From: an uncultured Candidatus Binatia bacterium
Lineage (GTDB): Bacteria > Desulfobacterota > Binatia > Bin18
NCBI GenBank assembly: GCA_965200965.1
Contig: OZ241744.1
Coordinates: forward strand, 384,001-448,000
DNA length: 64,000 nucleotides
Direction of reading: 5' to 3'
The notes beneath the pieces were generated by a model. The model did no database searches and was not told the DNA's origin. It saw only the letters and a program-made list of their open reading frames with translations. Below are positions 61,596 to 64,000 of this stretch, in pieces (the first letter of the stretch is position 1; every line of letters begins with the position of its first letter). The position numbers and the translations under genes were made by a program.

Positions 61596-62676
61596 CCTCA
61601 AGCCCCCTTTTTTCACCATCAAATGGCAGCCGGCGCAGGCCGGGCAGCCGGCGGCTGTGATCATGCTTGACCAGCGTTTGTTGCCGACCCGCGAGGTCTA
61701 CCGGACCTATACCCACTATCAGGGGGTGGCCCGGGCCATTCGCGCCATGATTATCCGTGGCGCTCCGGCTATTGGGGTGGCTGCGGCCATGGGGCTGGCG
61801 CTGGGCGCACGGCAGCTCAAGACCAGCGACCGGCCGGCCACATTCGGTCGCCTGTGCCGGATTTTTGCCGCAACCCGTCCCACCGCGGTCAACCTGTTTT
61901 GGGCAATTGAGCGGATGCGGGCCGTCTATGCCCAGACGCATGAGGCTGGCCGGGCGCGCGTATGCCAGCGGCTCGAACACGAAGCCCTGGCTGTGTACGC
62001 CGAAGATGTTGCGGTCAACCGTCGCCTCGGCCACTACGGGGCGGCCCTGATTCCATCCCGGGCCGCGGTCCTTACCCACTGTAATGCCGGCGCTTTGGCC
62101 ACGGCCGGCTACGGCACGGCGCTCGGAGTGATTCGAGCCGCCTGGGAGCAGGGCAAAAATATCTCGGTCTTTGTACCCGAGACGCGTCCGTTTTTGCAAG
62201 GTGCCCGGCTGACGGCCTGGGAACTGAGGCAAGAAGGCATTCCGGCGACCCTGATTACCGACAACATGGTCGGCCATTTTCTGCAAAAAGGCGCTATTGA
62301 CTGCGCGATTGTCGGCACCGACCGGACCGCGACAAACGGAGATGTGGCCAATAAAATCGGGACATATACCAGCGCGGTGCTGGCCGCCCGGCACGAGCGG
62401 CCTTTCTATGTGGCGGCACCGACCGCCTCGGTTGACTTGGCCTGCCCGTCCGGTGAGCATATCCCGATTGAAGAGCGCTCGGCGCGTGAGGTGACGCACA
62501 TCTTTCGCCAGCAGATCGCCCCGAGCGATATGCCGGTTGCCAATCCGGCCTTTGATGTCACCCCCCATGCCCTGGTCAGCGCAATTATTACTGAGCGTGG
62601 GGTTGTGCGCGCCCCGTATGCCGAATCCTTGCCGCGGGTGGTACAAGGCCGTCCGTCAAACAAAGCGACCGCCTAG
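61588..62676 (+). CDS. mtnA: S-methyl-5-thioribose-1-phosphate isomerase
   Basis: LDQRLLP; IRGAPAIG; TRPTAVNL; [11 protein letters not shown]; ETRPFLQG; ANKIGTY; NPAFDVTP. Confidence 0.95.
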   Translation: MSSLKPPFFTIKWQPAQAGQPAAVIMLDQRLLPTREVYRTYTHYQGVARAIRAMIIRGAPAIGVAAAMGLALGARQLKTSDRPATFGRLCRIFAATRPTAVNLFWAIERMRAVYAQTHEAGRARVCQRLEHEALAVYAEDVAVNRRLGHYGAALIPSRAAVLTHCNAGALATAGYGTALGVIRAAWEQGKNISVFVPETRPFLQGARLTAWELRQEGIPATLITDNMVGHFLQKGAIDCAIVGTDRTATNGDVANKIGTYTSAVLAARHERPFYVAAPTASVDLACPSGEHIPIEERSAREVTHIFRQQIAPSDMPVANPAFDVTPHALVSAIITERGVVRAPYAESLPRVVQGRPSNKATA

Positions 62677-63756
62677 CGGCTCGCCCCTGTGTGCGCTGGC
62701 CAGGTCTTGGGCCAGCCGCCGATGGGCGGCGCAGCCGATGACCTCGCGTGAAGCCGGCCGCCCTTGCCGTGATTTCTGCCTCAGCGCCGCAATCCGGCCG
62801 GCCGCGTCTGCCAGCCGTTGCCGGGAAAGAAGCCCGGCTTGGAGCGCGTGCCGGCAGGCATCGCGGGCCTGCACGGCGAGTTCTGTGGTCTGACACACCA
62901 GCAGCAGGTCGGCTCCGGCGACCAGGGCCAGGGCCGCGGCCTGCTCAACACTGCGGTGGCGAACGATCGCGCCCATCTCCAGGTCGTCGCTGACCACCAC
63001 CCCGTCAAAGCCGAGTCGCTGGCGTAACAGGGTGGTGATAACCGGTCCTGACAGGCTGGCCGGCCGAGTTGGATCAAAAGCCGGGTACACGATGTGGGCG
63101 GTCATGAGCATCTCAATCTGTTCGGCACAGACGCGGCGGAACGGCAGCAGATCGGTCTGCTCAAGCAGACAGGCCGCCCGTTCGTCGCTGGGTAAGTCCT
63201 GGTGTGAATCGATCTGCGTTGCTCCGTGACCGGGAAAGTGCTTGCCGCACGGAATGACGCCAGCCTCGCGCAGACCGCCGGCGAAGGCGCTTCCCAGGGC
63301 TGCTACCTGCTGCGGCTGGGCTGAAAACGCCCGATCTCCAATGACGGCATTGGCCGGGTTGGTCAACACGTCCAGCACCGGGGCAAAATTGATGTCAATC
63401 CCCACCGCCCGCAATTCCCGTCCCATCGCCTGTCCGACCCGATAGGCTGCCTCGACCGGCTGGGGTGCGTCGTTTTGGAGCAGCCGGCGGGCCGGCGGGA
63501 AGTGGGTAAACGGCGCAGCCAGCCGGTGGACCCGACCGCCTTCGTGGTCGATCGCAATCAGCGGCGGGTTGGCCGGGTTCAGGCCGTGCAACTGCTGGCA
63601 CAGGACGGCCAGTGTCTCGGGGTCGCTGTAATTCCGACCAAACAGAATGACCCCGCCGGGACGCAAATCGAGCAGGAGCCGCCGGGTAGGCGGATCGAGA
63701 GCGGGCTGGGGAATGCCGACCATAAAAAGCTGGCCCAACTGCTCAGACGTATCCAC
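62656..63756 (-). CDS. nagZ: Beta-N-acetylhexosaminidase (GH3)
   Basis: GGVILFGRN; IDHEGGRV; KHFPGHG...DSH; SDDLEM. Confidence 0.92.
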   Translation of the reverse strand: MDTSEQLGQLFMVGIPQPALDPPTRRLLLDLRPGGVILFGRNYSDPETLAVLCQQLHGLNPANPPLIAIDHEGGRVHRLAAPFTHFPPARRLLQNDAPQPVEAAYRVGQAMGRELRAVGIDINFAPVLDVLTNPANAVIGDRAFSAQPQQVAALGSAFAGGLREAGVIPCGKHFPGHGATQIDSHQDLPSDERAACLLEQTDLLPFRRVCAEQIEMLMTAHIVYPAFDPTRPASLSGPVITTLLRQRLGFDGVVVSDDLEMGAIVRHRSVEQAAALALVAGADLLLVCQTTELAVQARDACRHALQAGLLSRQRLADAAGRIAALRQKSRQGRPASREVIGCAAHRRLAQDLASAHRGEPLGGRFV

Positions 63757-64000
63757 AGGATGAGGCTAGCAGGCCCGGGCCGGCAAGAACAGCCGCCTCA
63801 GCCCTCTGGACAACAGAGCACAGAATATGCTATCTGCACGCGCGTTGCGTCTCTGTGTTGTCCTTCTCACCCCTGAACCAAGGGGCGAACGCAAGACGGG
63901 CGGTGAAGGCACCGACCCGGCGGGAACTGAGAGGGGAGCACGGACATGCCATAAGGCCGCTTGGATCCAATCGGACCGAGACGGACGGCCGTCGGAATAG

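Noticed and set aside
1-64000. CRISPR array, tRNA, transposase or integrase
   Set aside because: None recognised by eye; short or degenerate elements could have been missed

Overview
GC-rich bacterial chromosomal window. The mix of CaiB CoA-transferases, amidohydrolases, LLM, VOC and NHL genes resembles Deltaproteobacteria/Binatota-like genomes (inference only). Core and metabolic genes include pncB, mdh-frdABCD-fumC, pgk, ychF, an rhlE-like helicase, holA, mtnA, nagZ, an ars operon and a GH65/beta-PGM pair, mixed with about nine disrupted or partly deleted genes. The left edge is defence-flavoured: a GmrSD-like tail, a broken Mrr-like nuclease, and an integrase-less ATPase+TOPRIM-like cassette between perfect 111-bp direct repeats of the pncB 3' end. 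Best leads: (1) an unannotated ~320-nt structured minus-strand RNA candidate (56240-56563) with promoter, U-rich end, a 13-codon micro-ORF and a 16-17-nt 'super Shine-Dalgarno' complementary to the 16S rRNA 3' end; (2) the pncB-tail cassette; (3) a sodium:solute symporter fused to two winged-helix domains; (4) a hidden UxxC selenoprotein with SECIS; (5) a poly-G frameshifted GT-C glycosyltransferase. No tRNA, rRNA, CRISPR array, transposase or integrase was recognised. All calls were made by eye without database searches.
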